DNA of 64,000 bases from assembly GCA_051532035.1 (NCBI GenBank), contig JAOPTW010000006.1, positions 160,001 through 224,000 of the forward strand, in the 5' to 3' direction. The position numbers were made by a program, and so were the translations under genes. The stretch is from Fibrobacterales bacterium (GTDB lineage Bacteria > Fibrobacterota > Fibrobacteria > Fibrobacterales > JAOPTW01). This document shows, piece by piece, positions 1-10,173 of this stretch; position 1 is the stretch's first letter, and each line of letters starts with the position of its first letter. The notes under the pieces were generated by a model that worked only from the letters and a program-made list of their open reading frames with translations, did not search any database and was not told the origin of the DNA.

Positions 1-1
1 T

Positions 2-151
2 ATCATCATACTCATACCCTGAAGCTTGTTGTAAAAAAAGATGCCGCGTAAGCTCTTTTGAAAAAAAGACACTATTATCAAAAGTGACAATGTAGGTGAT
101 TTTGGGTACATTGCCGTTGCGTACTGGAAGCTCTCTAATTTCAAAATGCAT
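2..151 (-). CDS. 5' part of an unknown protein running off the left edge
   Basis: Hand translation: ATG at 151 preceded by GAGGA; open to the edge (MHFEIRELPVRNGNVPKITYIVTFDNSVFF...). Confidence 0.55.
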   Translation of the reverse strand, partial: MHFEIRELPVRNGNVPKITYIVTFDNSVFFSKELTRHLFLQQASGYEYDD

Positions 152-203
152 GGTAACTGATCCTCAGAAGGTTTGCCCTAATATAGGCTACTCTTTAACG
201 AAC

Positions 204-1163
204 TCAAAGACTTTTCTCTTTTACGAGGGCGGCAAAGCCCTTAATCCACTCTGGTTCGCTATTAAGTGATGGAATAACCGAGCACGATTCACCACCAAGT
301 TCAAGAAAAAGGTCACGATACTCCATTCCAATTTCTTCGAGAGTTTCTAGGTTATCGGCAACAAATGAAGGGCTCGATAGTGCAATGCGCTTTATTCCCT
401 GCTCTCTAAGACTGCGAATAACATCATCAGTTGCAGGAGAAAGCCACTCACCTGGCCCAAACTTTGATTGAAAACAGGTAATTATGTCGTCAGAGTCTAA
501 TGAGAGCTCTTTTTTGAGTAATGCAACGGTACCCAGACAATGAGTATAGTAAGGATCACCTGCGTTAATTTTGTTCATAGGATACCCATGAAAAGAGAGG
601 AGGAGCTTTTCTACCGGCTCTCTCTTTAACTGTCTTCGATGAAGCTCTCCAATGGGTTTTATATAATAAGGAGAGTCGTAAAAAGAGGTAACAAGGTTTA
701 CTTTGGGATTCCATCGAAGTGACTTTAAACCCTTTAAGAGAGCGTCTTCAGCAGAGGTTGTCATCGCCTCCGCAAATTGTGGATACAGTGGAATCACCAT
801 AAGGTCTTCAGTACCGCTCTCTTTGAGCTCTTGCAGTGCCGTTTTAACCAGTGGCTCCATTCCATGTACATATGCATGACGCACTTCAAAAGTATCGCCA
901 ATTATTTGAGCCACCCCTTGGGTGAACTGCTCGGTATAATAATGGAGGGGGAGTCGATCGTCAACCAATATAGAACGATATTTTTTGGCAACTTTTGGCA
1001 CTCTTTTAGGTAAAATCACTGCTCGGAGTAGTATTTTCCAGAAAATTGACTGTTTTACCAACCGGGGGTCACTTAAAAAGCTTTTGAGATACGCATGTAC
1101 ATCAGATTCTGAGCCAGAAGCTGGAGATCCCAGTTGAATGAGTAAAAGACCCTGCTTTTTCAC
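204..1163 (-). CDS. hemH: Ferrochelatase
   Basis: GLLLIQLGSP, FLSDPRLV, IPLYPQF, LLSFHGYP, FQSKFGPGEWLSP, FVADNLETLEEI motifs. Confidence 0.95.
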   Translation of the reverse strand: MKKQGLLLIQLGSPASGSESDVHAYLKSFLSDPRLVKQSIFWKILLRAVILPKRVPKVAKKYRSILVDDRLPLHYYTEQFTQGVAQIIGDTFEVRHAYVHGMEPLVKTALQELKESGTEDLMVIPLYPQFAEAMTTSAEDALLKGLKSLRWNPKVNLVTSFYDSPYYIKPIGELHRRQLKREPVEKLLLSFHGYPMNKINAGDPYYTHCLGTVALLKKELSLDSDDIITCFQSKFGPGEWLSPATDDVIRSLREQGIKRIALSSPSFVADNLETLEEIGMEYRDLFLELGGESCSVIPSLNSEPEWIKGFAALVKEKSL

Positions 1164-1276
1164 AACAAATACCTAAAATTGGTCTACCTTTTTAACAACA
1201 TACAAATAAACAGTAAATATCTCACCTCGAAATTCCTATAAAGATAAGAGAGGGACACAATTTACAGGATAGAAAC

Positions 1277-1468
1277 ATGTTTGATTCAAATACAGCGCTC
1301 CACTCTCTTGATACGTTTTATGCTGAGATCGAAAAGACACTTGCACAGATAGAGCATGCTTCAGCACAACCTCAGGAAGGCTTCACAGCCACTGTTGATC
1401 ATATCAAGCAAGAGACTGGTCTCGATTTTTGGGAAACTCAACAACGCATTGACTCAATCAGTAAATAG
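1277..1468 (+). CDS. Small acidic hypothetical protein (63 aa)
   Basis: ATG with AGGA upstream; fills the gap between hemH and lnt. Confidence 0.55.
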   Translation: MFDSNTALHSLDTFYAEIEKTLAQIEHASAQPQEGFTATVDHIKQETGLDFWETQQRIDSISK

Positions 1469-1474
1469 CACAAG

Positions 1475-3103
1475 CTAGCGTACTTTTTTCTTCATTTCTC
1501 TCACAAACTCATAGCACTGCCATAAAAGAATAATAAGGAAGAGGGCAAAAAAGATATTCTCAACACCATCGCCAATTAAACTATAGAGTGTCGTTCTATT
1601 CTTTAATGGAACCTTATGGCGCATCGCCTTTCTTTCAAAGAGTTCAGCGCGGTCTAATTCTGTCCCATAACTATCATAGAGTACAGAAATGCCAGTATTT
1701 GCACTTTGCACTATCGGAATTCCATTTTCAATCGCACGGAACCGAATGAGGTTTGCATGCTGATACGGCTGAGTTGAGCGTTTAAACCAAGCATCATTGG
1801 TGATCACCACTATGATTTTTGCCCCTTCACTTATAGCGTTGCGAATAAAATAAGGGTAGACTACTTCATAGCATATTTGTGGAGAAAACTTAATAGCATC
1901 CCATGCAGGCGATTCAGTCCCAGCGGTAAAATCACCCTCACCCATATTAAGATGTTGAATAGCAGGAATGATATCCTCCCAAGGGAGCCGTTCACTAAAA
2001 GGAACCAATCGGTTTTTATCATACTTCCGTCGTGCCACCGTAGAATCTTTCGAAAAGAGAAAGCCTGAATTGTAGACCTTATATTTTCGAATTGATCCTT
2101 TAATAGATCGTTGATAATCCAAAGCGCCAATAAGTATACTCGAGTGTTTATCATAGGCAAGTTTTTGAATACGCTCAGAAAGCCTACTTACCTTTCTTAA
2201 ATATTCGGGAATGGCCGTCTCGGGAAAGATAATAAGGTCTGCACTGTCTGAATTTATGAGGTCCGCAGTCGTTAAGGTCTGATCAATAACCTTATCAAAA
2301 TCTTTTCGAATCCACTTCTCTCTCTGTTCAATTGAGGGCTGTGCAACGACAATGTCTGCGGTATCAAGACTATCAGATCGACCTGATAAAATAACGAACC
2401 CCACAATGGCCATCACTACAATAGGTGCTAATCCATACCCAATATACCGATACTTTCTTTCCGTCCATGCGCGGAACCAATAGAGGTTTGAAATAACAAT
2501 AAGTGCACTGTACCCAAAAATACCGATATAGGCAAGCCCCTGCATAAGGGTTTGTGACCCTCCAAGAGTATAGCCTATATGCCCCCAAGGGAGAGATATT
2601 TCGCCTTTCGTTTTAACCAGTTCTATTCCAACCCAAATAATTGGATAGAGCATGAGTAGTGATCTATTATAGAGAAACTTAAATGAGAGCCCAAGAAATG
2701 TCACATAGAGGGCAAGATAGCTCATTAACAGAACCATCCCTATTCCAACAACAACACTGACATCCTGCCCAGAATCCATAACGTACGAAAGCCAATAAAA
2801 CATACAAACGTTATGTACAAAGCCACCAATAAACGAGATAAGAGCAACCTCTCGATAAGGACGCCCTTTTATCACCACAAAGAAGGGGGCCAAAAGTACG
2901 AATGAAAGTACTCCCTGAAATGCAAAAGGAAAATCTAACGAAAATAGTTTATAAGGGGGAAAGGTGGCAGCAAGAGCAATCCAACAAACAGTGGACACAC
3001 CAAGTGCCTTTAGAAATGATACATCACGAAAAAGCGCAACAACTATTACCGGTATACCAAGCAACTTTTTGAAACCCCTCAGAATATTTGAAATCATGAT
3101 CAC
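1475..3103 (-). CDS. lnt: Apolipoprotein N-acyltransferase
   Basis: Multiple TM helices, PWGHIGYT, IFPETA, KNRLVPFSE, QICYEVVYP, ITNDAWF, RAIENG, SANTGIS. Confidence 0.95.
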   Translation of the reverse strand: MIMISNILRGFKKLLGIPVIVVALFRDVSFLKALGVSTVCWIALAATFPPYKLFSLDFPFAFQGVLSFVLLAPFFVVIKGRPYREVALISFIGGFVHNVCMFYWLSYVMDSGQDVSVVVGIGMVLLMSYLALYVTFLGLSFKFLYNRSLLMLYPIIWVGIELVKTKGEISLPWGHIGYTLGGSQTLMQGLAYIGIFGYSALIVISNLYWFRAWTERKYRYIGYGLAPIVVMAIVGFVILSGRSDSLDTADIVVAQPSIEQREKWIRKDFDKVIDQTLTTADLINSDSADLIIFPETAIPEYLRKVSRLSERIQKLAYDKHSSILIGALDYQRSIKGSIRKYKVYNSGFLFSKDSTVARRKYDKNRLVPFSERLPWEDIIPAIQHLNMGEGDFTAGTESPAWDAIKFSPQICYEVVYPYFIRNAISEGAKIIVVITNDAWFKRSTQPYQHANLIRFRAIENGIPIVQSANTGISVLYDSYGTELDRAELFERKAMRHKVPLKNRTTLYSLIGDGVENIFFALFLIILLWQCYEFVREMKKKVR

Positions 3104-3786
3104 CCTTTATTTTGTGGATGAAAAAAGAGAACAAATTCACCTTTTGGGGTTCGCTCTTTATAATGGGCAAGTAACTCTTTAGGAGTGCCACGGAGGGTCT
3201 CTTCAAATTTTTTGGTGAGTTCACGGGAAAGTGAAATGGTTATGTCACCATAAACGGTGTCAATCTCACCGAGAAATTTTACCACTTGGTAAGGTGAAAC
3301 ATAAAAACAGACCGTATAAGGGTGCTCCTTCAACCCTTCAAGATATTTTAGCCGTCGGGCACTTTTTTTAGGAGCAAATCCCTCAAATGAGAAGGCGTCA
3401 CTCGGCATACCGGATACCACAAGTCCACTCAAAAGAGCAGATGCACCTGGAATTGCCACCACCGGAATGTCATGTTGTATGGCTTCACGCGCAATATAAA
3501 AGCCGGGATCTGCAACACACGGAGTTCCCGCATCTGAAATCAGTGCGATACTCCCTTTGTTCTTTAAGTGATCTATATAGTGACCGGTTTTTTTCTCTTT
3601 ATTAAAATCGTGATAACTCTTCATATTCGTAGTTATCTCATAATGTTTGAGAAGCTTTGCACTGTTTCTTGTATCTTCTGCTAACACAAGTGAGGCCTCT
3701 TCTAGGATTCTCACTGCACGAAAGGTCATATCTTCTAAGTTCCCTATTGGTGTGCTCACCAAATAGAGTGTATGCTGGTTGTCCAT
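3100..3786 (-). CDS. rsmI: 16S rRNA (cytidine1402-2'-O)-methyltransferase
   Basis: LYLVSTPIGNLEDMTFRA, AEDTR, SDAGTPCVADPG, RELTKKFEE, KGEFV. Confidence 0.95.
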   Translation of the reverse strand: MDNQHTLYLVSTPIGNLEDMTFRAVRILEEASLVLAEDTRNSAKLLKHYEITTNMKSYHDFNKEKKTGHYIDHLKNKGSIALISDAGTPCVADPGFYIAREAIQHDIPVVAIPGASALLSGLVVSGMPSDAFSFEGFAPKKSARRLKYLEGLKEHPYTVCFYVSPYQVVKFLGEIDTVYGDITISLSRELTKKFEETLRGTPKELLAHYKERTPKGEFVLFFHPQNKG

Positions 3787-3794
3787 TGTTCCTT

Positions 3795-5729
3795 CTATTT
3801 TACCCGATACATTTCGATACGTCTGTTCTTCTGACGCCCGCTTGCAGTTCTATTTGTAGCTATGGGGTTTTTCGGACCATAGCCTTTTGAACGAAGCTGT
3901 TTTTTGGGTACTCCTACGGAGCGTAAATATTTTACTACTGAACGCGCGCGGCGTTTTGAAAGTTTTAAATTGGTACTTTTAGCACCTTTATTATCAGTAT
4001 ATCCTCTAATTTCGATTACGGCACTTAGATTCTCTTTTAATGTCTCAGCTACTTCATCGAGATTTTCATGAGAGTCTTCGGTTAAATCCGTCGAGCCTGT
4101 TCTAAAATTGACACCGTGAAGAACTATCTGAGTACGTCGCTCAATCATTGGTTTCGGTTTTCGATCGGGACACCCGTCTTCGTCTTCAAAACCATTCATC
4201 ACTTCTGCTGCATCAGGGCAGCGATCTAGTTTGTCTTCAATTCCATCTCTATCATTATCTTTGTCGGGACAACCGTCATCATCTTCAAAACCATCACGAT
4301 CTTCTTTCCTCTTAGGACACTGATCACCCACATCATTCACGCCATCTTTATCTGAGTCTTCAGTTCCATCAGGGCACCCATCATCATCTTCGAAGCCATT
4401 CAGGTCTTCAGGTTCATCGGGGCAGGCGTCTTTAGCATCTAAATAACCATCTTTGTCATTATCTAATTCTGGACACCCATCGGTATCCTCAAAGCCATCC
4501 ATATCTTCTGGCTCACCTGGACAGTTATCTTTCACATCAAAAATACCATCGAGATCATTATCTGCTTCGGGACAACCATCGTGATCTTCATAGCCATCAA
4601 AATCTTCAGCCTGATTGGGACAGACATCCTCACGGTTGATAAGGCCATCGAGATCATCATCCTGTGGAAGTAAAAAACCGTTCCACGATAACTGAGCTGA
4701 AAAACCCCACTTCACTGTGGGTTGCACATAATAATGTAATTGTTCGCTTGGGTCATTATCACTATCAGCAATGAGTGGTTGAAGTGTTGAAGGGTCTTGA
4801 TTGATATTTGAAAGCCCCCCATAATCGAGAGCCATAGAGATTGAGACCCCCTGTTCTGATTTAACAGAAAAACCAGGAGAGAGAATCAATGGGTCTCGTT
4901 CGAGGTCAAAACCATCTGCCCATTGAGAAAGCCGTGTTTGGCCTGAGAAATCACAAAAAAGAGCAAAGTAGCGATGTGGATTGTATGCTACCGATGCGTT
5001 AAGGAGAAAAGAATTGTCGTGATTGCCTGAATGGGTAAAGAGCATGCCATAGTTCACATTAAACTCAAGAGGTATGGGGTCCCACAACTCATTTAAATCG
5101 AGGGTCCAGAGCATCATCACCGTATAGGTTGGGTCCCATGCAGTATAAAAACCACCTTCAACTCCTGCCTCTTTAGGGGCGTAGTAACTCTCTTTAGGTA
5201 TAAATCCCTTAGTATCATCCCCTGTGGGGAAAGTCACTGCACCAAGAAGCGCCATATCAAAAACATGTGAATGCTTATACGGTGGATATTGAAGTTTACC
5301 ACGAAGCTCAAGGTCCCCTTGCCCCCATCCCGTCATGTGGCTCACATCTGAGGGTTCAATACCATCAGTGGTGAGGAGGTCAAGATAAAAGGGCATGGAT
5401 ATATTAAAATCAAAATAGTCGGAAATACCAATACTAATAAAGGCACGAGTGGATACATCAGCAATTTCACGAACACCATCAACGGTATCAACAGGATTTA
5501 CTGATTCGTCATTATAGAGCCACATCCGTTGTCGGTAAAGCTTATTTTTATCGAGGGAGAGATCACCACTGACACCTGCAGACAATTTACCATTGCCCAA
5601 TGTTTTTGCAGAAAAAGTACGAATATGGCCGTAGAGTCCATAGATATTTGGTGCACTGACCACCTCATTTTTAGCGCCAAAAGTTGTAGAATAGAGCAAA
5701 ATTAGTGCTGCTGCAATCAATTTTTTCAT
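3795..5729 (-). CDS. OmpA-family outer membrane protein with TSP3-like Ca-binding repeats
   Basis: Signal peptide, N-terminal beta-rich region, five DxDxDG..DxCP..EDxDGFEDxDGCP repeats, C-terminal OmpA domain (GYTDNKG, NLKLSKRRA, NRRIE). Confidence 0.9.
   Translation of the reverse strand: MKKLIAAALILLYSTTFGAKNEVVSAPNIYGLYGHIRTFSAKTLGNGKLSAGVSGDLSLDKNKLYRQRMWLYNDESVNPVDTVDGVREIADVSTRAFISIGISDYFDFNISMPFYLDLLTTDGIEPSDVSHMTGWGQGDLELRGKLQYPPYKHSHVFDMALLGAVTFPTGDDTKGFIPKESYYAPKEAGVEGGFYTAWDPTYTVMMLWTLDLNELWDPIPLEFNVNYGMLFTHSGNHDNSFLLNASVAYNPHRYFALFCDFSGQTRLSQWADGFDLERDPLILSPGFSVKSEQGVSISMALDYGGLSNINQDPSTLQPLIADSDNDPSEQLHYYVQPTVKWGFSAQLSWNGFLLPQDDDLDGLINREDVCPNQAEDFDGYEDHDGCPEADNDLDGIFDVKDNCPGEPEDMDGFEDTDGCPELDNDKDGYLDAKDACPDEPEDLNGFEDDDGCPDGTEDSDKDGVNDVGDQCPKRKEDRDGFEDDDGCPDKDNDRDGIEDKLDRCPDAAEVMNGFEDEDGCPDRKPKPMIERRTQIVLHGVNFRTGSTDLTEDSHENLDEVAETLKENLSAVIEIRGYTDNKGAKSTNLKLSKRRARSVVKYLRSVGVPKKQLRSKGYGPKNPIATNRTASGRQKNRRIEMYRVK
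4165..4662 (-). repeat. Five intragenic ~33-aa TSP3-like tandem repeats
   Basis: Seen in the translation: DDDLDG..GCPEA, DNDLDG..GCPEL, DNDKDG..GCPDG, DSDKDG..GCPDK, DNDRDG..GCPDR; bounds approximate. Confidence 0.85.
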
Positions 5730-5907
5730 ATCTTTAGTCCGTAGGTTGAGCTCGTAGGGTCTTTGTGTTACAAGTACGATAATGACCTTAAGATAGCTAT
5801 TTTGACTTTAATGACAGTAAGATTTACCTAAAATGACCAGAAAACCTACTTTTTTTGGTCACCTATACCCACATCAAAAATAGAACAAAAACAATTATAG
5901 GAACCTG

Positions 5908-6822
5908 ATGGATCATAACCCCTCTCTCTTTGGAATTACACAGAAATCTGGTGACCCAGATCGTTTGTGCGGAAACCTTATCGCCTACGCGCTCATTGAA
6001 GACTATGACCAAAGTGAGCAAGACACGCCGCTTGACGACCTTGTTCAAAATGATATTATTGCCGTTACCGGTGACTATCAGACAGAGCGAAGCCTCAAAG
6101 ACTTTTTGAACAAAGAGTTTGGCAAAGATGCCGACAAAGGATTCGAGGAGTTGATCGATCAGCTGAAGAAAATGGACGACAACGATCTTGAGAGTGATGA
6201 AAATCTTCAAAAAAAGTTTGAGTCCTTCAATAATATGGAAATTATTCCCGTTCCGGCACGAATCATCTTTTATGATTCCGAAGAGGAACTTCTCAACTCT
6301 GCAGGTGATATTTTCTTCTTGGGCAGTTTTAAGTCACTCCAAAATGCACACCTCAGCGTCACTTCATTCCCGATCCTCTATCAAGGCATTTATCGAGAGC
6401 AGCAGTCCAAACACTCAACTGCTGAAATAAGTGACCTCTTAACCCAAATTGAGACCACGGTCCACACCCATACGTTAGTATCCGAGAGCTGGGCTCTTGC
6501 ACAATCAACAATTTCAAAATACGGCGAGGACCTGCAAGACCTCTTGCTCAACGAAGCATTGCCAAAAATGATTTACCATCTTAAAGATCCAGAAGAGTAC
6601 AATGGATTAGTCACAAGCTTTAAACTATTTATGAAACCTTACTCTGTTACCTCTGATGTCGAAAAGATGCTCTCTTTTTTAGAAGAGTTAAAAAATGGTT
6701 CTCTCGACTCTACCCGTCGACTTGAACTTATGTGTGAGAAGATTTCAGCAATACACAATGAAGCCTTCGAAAAACTTAAACGGATACAAAGTGAACTTCG
6801 CGCCCTTGGTGTCGAAGATTAA
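5908..6822 (+). CDS. Acidic hypothetical protein; possible C-terminal UVR-like coiled coil
   Basis: 304-aa ORF with AGGA RBS; C-terminal SAIHNEAFEKLKRIQSEL weakly resembles a UVR motif. Confidence 0.7.
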   Translation: MDHNPSLFGITQKSGDPDRLCGNLIAYALIEDYDQSEQDTPLDDLVQNDIIAVTGDYQTERSLKDFLNKEFGKDADKGFEELIDQLKKMDDNDLESDENLQKKFESFNNMEIIPVPARIIFYDSEEELLNSAGDIFFLGSFKSLQNAHLSVTSFPILYQGIYREQQSKHSTAEISDLLTQIETTVHTHTLVSESWALAQSTISKYGEDLQDLLLNEALPKMIYHLKDPEEYNGLVTSFKLFMKPYSVTSDVEKMLSFLEELKNGSLDSTRRLELMCEKISAIHNEAFEKLKRIQSELRALGVED

Positions 6823-6838
6823 ATCATCCTCAGAGGAT

Positions 6839-8695
6839 CTAATCTTCGGGTAACTCTTTCATAAGTTGATCAACCTTCTTCGTGATCCTCAGGTCTTCGA
6901 TAAGTGGTGGAGCATGATGAGGCTTTACTCGTGCATCAATAATCAATGACCCTTTACAACCCCAATGCTTGTTTTCAACAAAGCTTTTGACTCCATGAAT
7001 ATCATGTGAAGGATTTGATCGCGTAAAAGTAACCCACAAAAAGTTTTCAATACTCTTTGCGATAAAGTGGGCGTCGTCCACGACAACAATCAGTGGTATT
7101 CCTTCGAGATTCTCTTCCCGTGCGAGCCCCTCGGTCAGTTGATGTATATCGCGAAAGGAGTTATTAGAATCTTTAAACTCTGGCCCTTCAATTGCCATAA
7201 CCCCCGAAAAGATCATCTCGGGGTTTTTAAAACCAATAGGGAGTATCATTCCTTCTGGAATATGGCCCCAAAGTGAACGAATCGGGGTTCCTGCAGCCGC
7301 AACAACAACCTTTGAACCTTTATTTAATCCCGAACCAGAATAATCGAGGGTATCTATAGTCGTCTCTGTCTGAAAATGAAGATCACGACGCCAATCAACC
7401 CGGGCAAGAAGATGCTTAAAAAAGTGTCCAACCGTATGTGTTGAGAGTGATGGGTCATCCTCTTCAGCCGCTATAAACAGGTATTTCGCAAGAGAGAGTT
7501 GACCTGTACCCAAAATAAGGTTCGAAAGAGTGAGAAGCTCTTGAGGGCGTTTTTGCTCCATATAAGGAACATAACGCTCAGCGCCAATTGCCAGCAAAAG
7601 AGGGTGCACCCCTGCTTCATCAACCGCATGCACCTCTTTTACTCCAGGAATTTCGGCCGGAATAGCATTTTGCGTTAATTTATGAATAAAAGCCCCAAAT
7701 TGAGTATCTTCTTGAGGGGGGCGCCCCACAACCGTAAAGGGCCACACTGCATTTTTTCGATGATAGACGGCCTCGACCTTCATTACAGGCATCTCGTGTA
7801 CTAAACTGTAGTAGCCAAGGTGATCGCCAAAAGGGCCCTCAGGTTTCACGGCGCCATGCGGTATAGTGCCCACAATACAAAAATCAGCATCCGCCGAAAT
7901 AGTATGGCCATCTTTTACCGTATATCTAAAGCGCCTTCCTGCAAGTAAGCCCCCAAAAGTTATTTCGGGCACCCCTTCGGGGAGTGGCATTACCGCTGCA
8001 ACAGTATGAGCAGGTGGGCCACCAACAAAAATACTCACCTTAAGGTCTTCACCCTTTTTTAATGCCGCTTTGTGATGGACTGAAATCCCTCGGTGGAGTT
8101 GATAGTGCAACCCTATCTCTCTATTTTCAACATACTCACCTCCATCGAGCTGCACTCGATACATACCTAAATTTGAGTTCAATGGCCCTGGCTGATCTGG
8201 ATTCTCACTATACACCTGAGGTAAGGTTACATAGCGCCCACCATCTTCGGGCCATGAAACGACCCCGGGCAGTTCAGAAACATCTGTAGTACCCCATAAT
8301 ACTGGAGCTTGTGAGTTTGAGACTTTTTTGGGGAGTGTATGCAGCCCATACCGCGCAAGGAGCAAACTTTTGAAAGGGTGCTGTAATGCAGCAGTCGGAT
8401 TTACTTTGAGGTCGATCATATCCTTTGTGCGCTGTTCTGTCTCTCTAAAAATATAGGCAACTCGCTCCTCTGTTCCATAGAGGTTTGAAACCGCTTGAAA
8501 AGGCGAGCCTTTAACCTTTTCAAAGAGAATTGCCGGCCCATGAGCGGCATAGATTCTCCGTTGAATCTCTGCCATTTCTAAATAAGGGTCAACTTCATGT
8601 GATATTCGGAGAACTTCCCCCCGTTTTTCTAGGTCTTTAATAACATCAGCAGTGTTAAGATACATAAGCGGCTCACAAACGTTGTTTCTACTCAA
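6839..8695 (-). CDS. UbiD-family (prFMN-dependent) decarboxylase, possibly quinone biosynthesis
   Basis: EVDPYLEMAEI, GPAILFEKVKG, NLGMYRVQ, EGPFGDHLGYY, GRPPQED, DTLDYSG, IIDARVKP. Confidence 0.9.
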   Translation of the reverse strand: MSRNNVCEPLMYLNTADVIKDLEKRGEVLRISHEVDPYLEMAEIQRRIYAAHGPAILFEKVKGSPFQAVSNLYGTEERVAYIFRETEQRTKDMIDLKVNPTAALQHPFKSLLLARYGLHTLPKKVSNSQAPVLWGTTDVSELPGVVSWPEDGGRYVTLPQVYSENPDQPGPLNSNLGMYRVQLDGGEYVENREIGLHYQLHRGISVHHKAALKKGEDLKVSIFVGGPPAHTVAAVMPLPEGVPEITFGGLLAGRRFRYTVKDGHTISADADFCIVGTIPHGAVKPEGPFGDHLGYYSLVHEMPVMKVEAVYHRKNAVWPFTVVGRPPQEDTQFGAFIHKLTQNAIPAEIPGVKEVHAVDEAGVHPLLLAIGAERYVPYMEQKRPQELLTLSNLILGTGQLSLAKYLFIAAEEDDPSLSTHTVGHFFKHLLARVDWRRDLHFQTETTIDTLDYSGSGLNKGSKVVVAAAGTPIRSLWGHIPEGMILPIGFKNPEMIFSGVMAIEGPEFKDSNNSFRDIHQLTEGLAREENLEGIPLIVVVDDAHFIAKSIENFLWVTFTRSNPSHDIHGVKSFVENKHWGCKGSLIIDARVKPHHAPPLIEDLRITKKVDQLMKELPED

Positions 8696-8805
8696 ATTTA
8701 TGTAATATGTTCCATATATTTAATCAAATGAGTGAAAATCATCCAAAACTTTGGTAGAATATACAATTATTGTAATTATACACAGAAGTATCTTATGAGA
8801 GTCAG

Positions 8806-10173
8806 ATGAACGGAACAGACCCGGTACGTATTTTAGTTGTTGATGACAACACCGCTATTCATGAAGATTTCAGATCGATCCTTTCTGACAATGAAAATAA
8901 TAGCACTGCTCAAAACTTAAAAAAATATGAAGACGCCCTCTTTGCAAAGCCTACAGAAACGCCAGCAGCGCCATCCACCTACACAAACTACCGTATTGAT
9001 CACGCATACAATGCCCTTGAAGCGATCGAAATGGTGCACCAATCAGAAAAAGAGGCTGACCCCTATGCCCTTATTTTTATGGATGTGCGCATGCCCCCAG
9101 GTATGGATGGCATTCAAACCATACAAAATATTTGGGATGACTATCCAGAAATTGAGATGGTGATCTGTACTGCTCACTCAGATTATAACTGGGACCAAAT
9201 TATTGAAAAACTTGGCCTGACCGATCACCTCCTTATTTTAAAAAAACCATTTGATAGTGTTGCAGTTAAACAGTTTGCCCTCACACAAACTACAAAATGG
9301 AAACTTCAAAAAAGCAACAAAATTTACACCGCCTCTCTTGAAGAAAAAGTCATGGAAAGAACCTCTGAATTACAGCGCTCCCTCGATCAACTTAAAAGCG
9401 CTCAAACCCAGTTGATACAATCAGAAAAAATGGCCTCCCTTGGAGAGCTTGTTGCTGGTGTAGCACACGAGATAAACACCCCCATTGGTGTTGGTATTAC
9501 TGCTGCCTCATTTATAGATGATAATACCCATGACCTAAAAAAACGCTATGAGGATAAAAAAATATCCAATCAGTTTATGCAGGAGTACATTAATACGGTT
9601 ACCACCAGTAGTAAAATGCTCATGACCAACCTCAATCGAGCTGCAGAGCTCATTGCAGGCTTCAAACAGGTAGCCGTCGATCAAACCACCGACCTTAAAC
9701 GCACATTTAAAATTGCAGAGCTCATTCACAATGTTGCCTTTAGTCTCAATCCAAGACTCAAACAAGGAAACGTTACCGTAAATATTAACTGCGACGAGGA
9801 CCTTTCGTTCAATAGTTATCCCGGTTCATTTTCACAAGTAATAACCAATATGATTATGAACTCCATTATCCACGGGTTCGAAGATAAGCCAAATGGCACT
9901 ATAGATATCACCGTAACCTCAGATACACACCTCACAACTATTCTTTACCAAGACAATGGTAAAGGTATTGCCCCTGATCAAATTAAAAAAGTCTTTGACC
10001 CCTTTTACACCACCAAAAGAGGGCAAGGTGGCACAGGCCTTGGAATGCATATAATCTACAATATCATTTCACAAAACTTTAAGGGTAATATTATTTGTGA
10101 AAGTGAGCAAGGCTCCTACACCCGTTTTACCGTAACCATTCCTTTGAATCAGCTACAATCAGGTCTCTTATGA
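8806..10173 (+). CDS. Cytoplasmic REC-histidine kinase (NtrB-like core)
   Basis: N-terminal REC (ILVVDDN, IFMDVRMPPG, KKPF); QSEKMASLG, VAHEINTP, NSIIHGF, DNGKG, GTGLG; no TM segment. Confidence 0.92.
   Translation: MNGTDPVRILVVDDNTAIHEDFRSILSDNENNSTAQNLKKYEDALFAKPTETPAAPSTYTNYRIDHAYNALEAIEMVHQSEKEADPYALIFMDVRMPPGMDGIQTIQNIWDDYPEIEMVICTAHSDYNWDQIIEKLGLTDHLLILKKPFDSVAVKQFALTQTTKWKLQKSNKIYTASLEEKVMERTSELQRSLDQLKSAQTQLIQSEKMASLGELVAGVAHEINTPIGVGITAASFIDDNTHDLKKRYEDKKISNQFMQEYINTVTTSSKMLMTNLNRAAELIAGFKQVAVDQTTDLKRTFKIAELIHNVAFSLNPRLKQGNVTVNINCDEDLSFNSYPGSFSQVITNMIMNSIIHGFEDKPNGTIDITVTSDTHLTTILYQDNGKGIAPDQIKKVFDPFYTTKRGQGGTGLGMHIIYNIISQNFKGNIICESEQGSYTRFTVTIPLNQLQSGLL

Noticed and set aside
4165..4662. 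Periodic ~100-bp DNA repeats as a CRISPR array
   Set aside because: They are degenerate in-frame TSP3-like coding repeats in the OmpA protein; no cas genes
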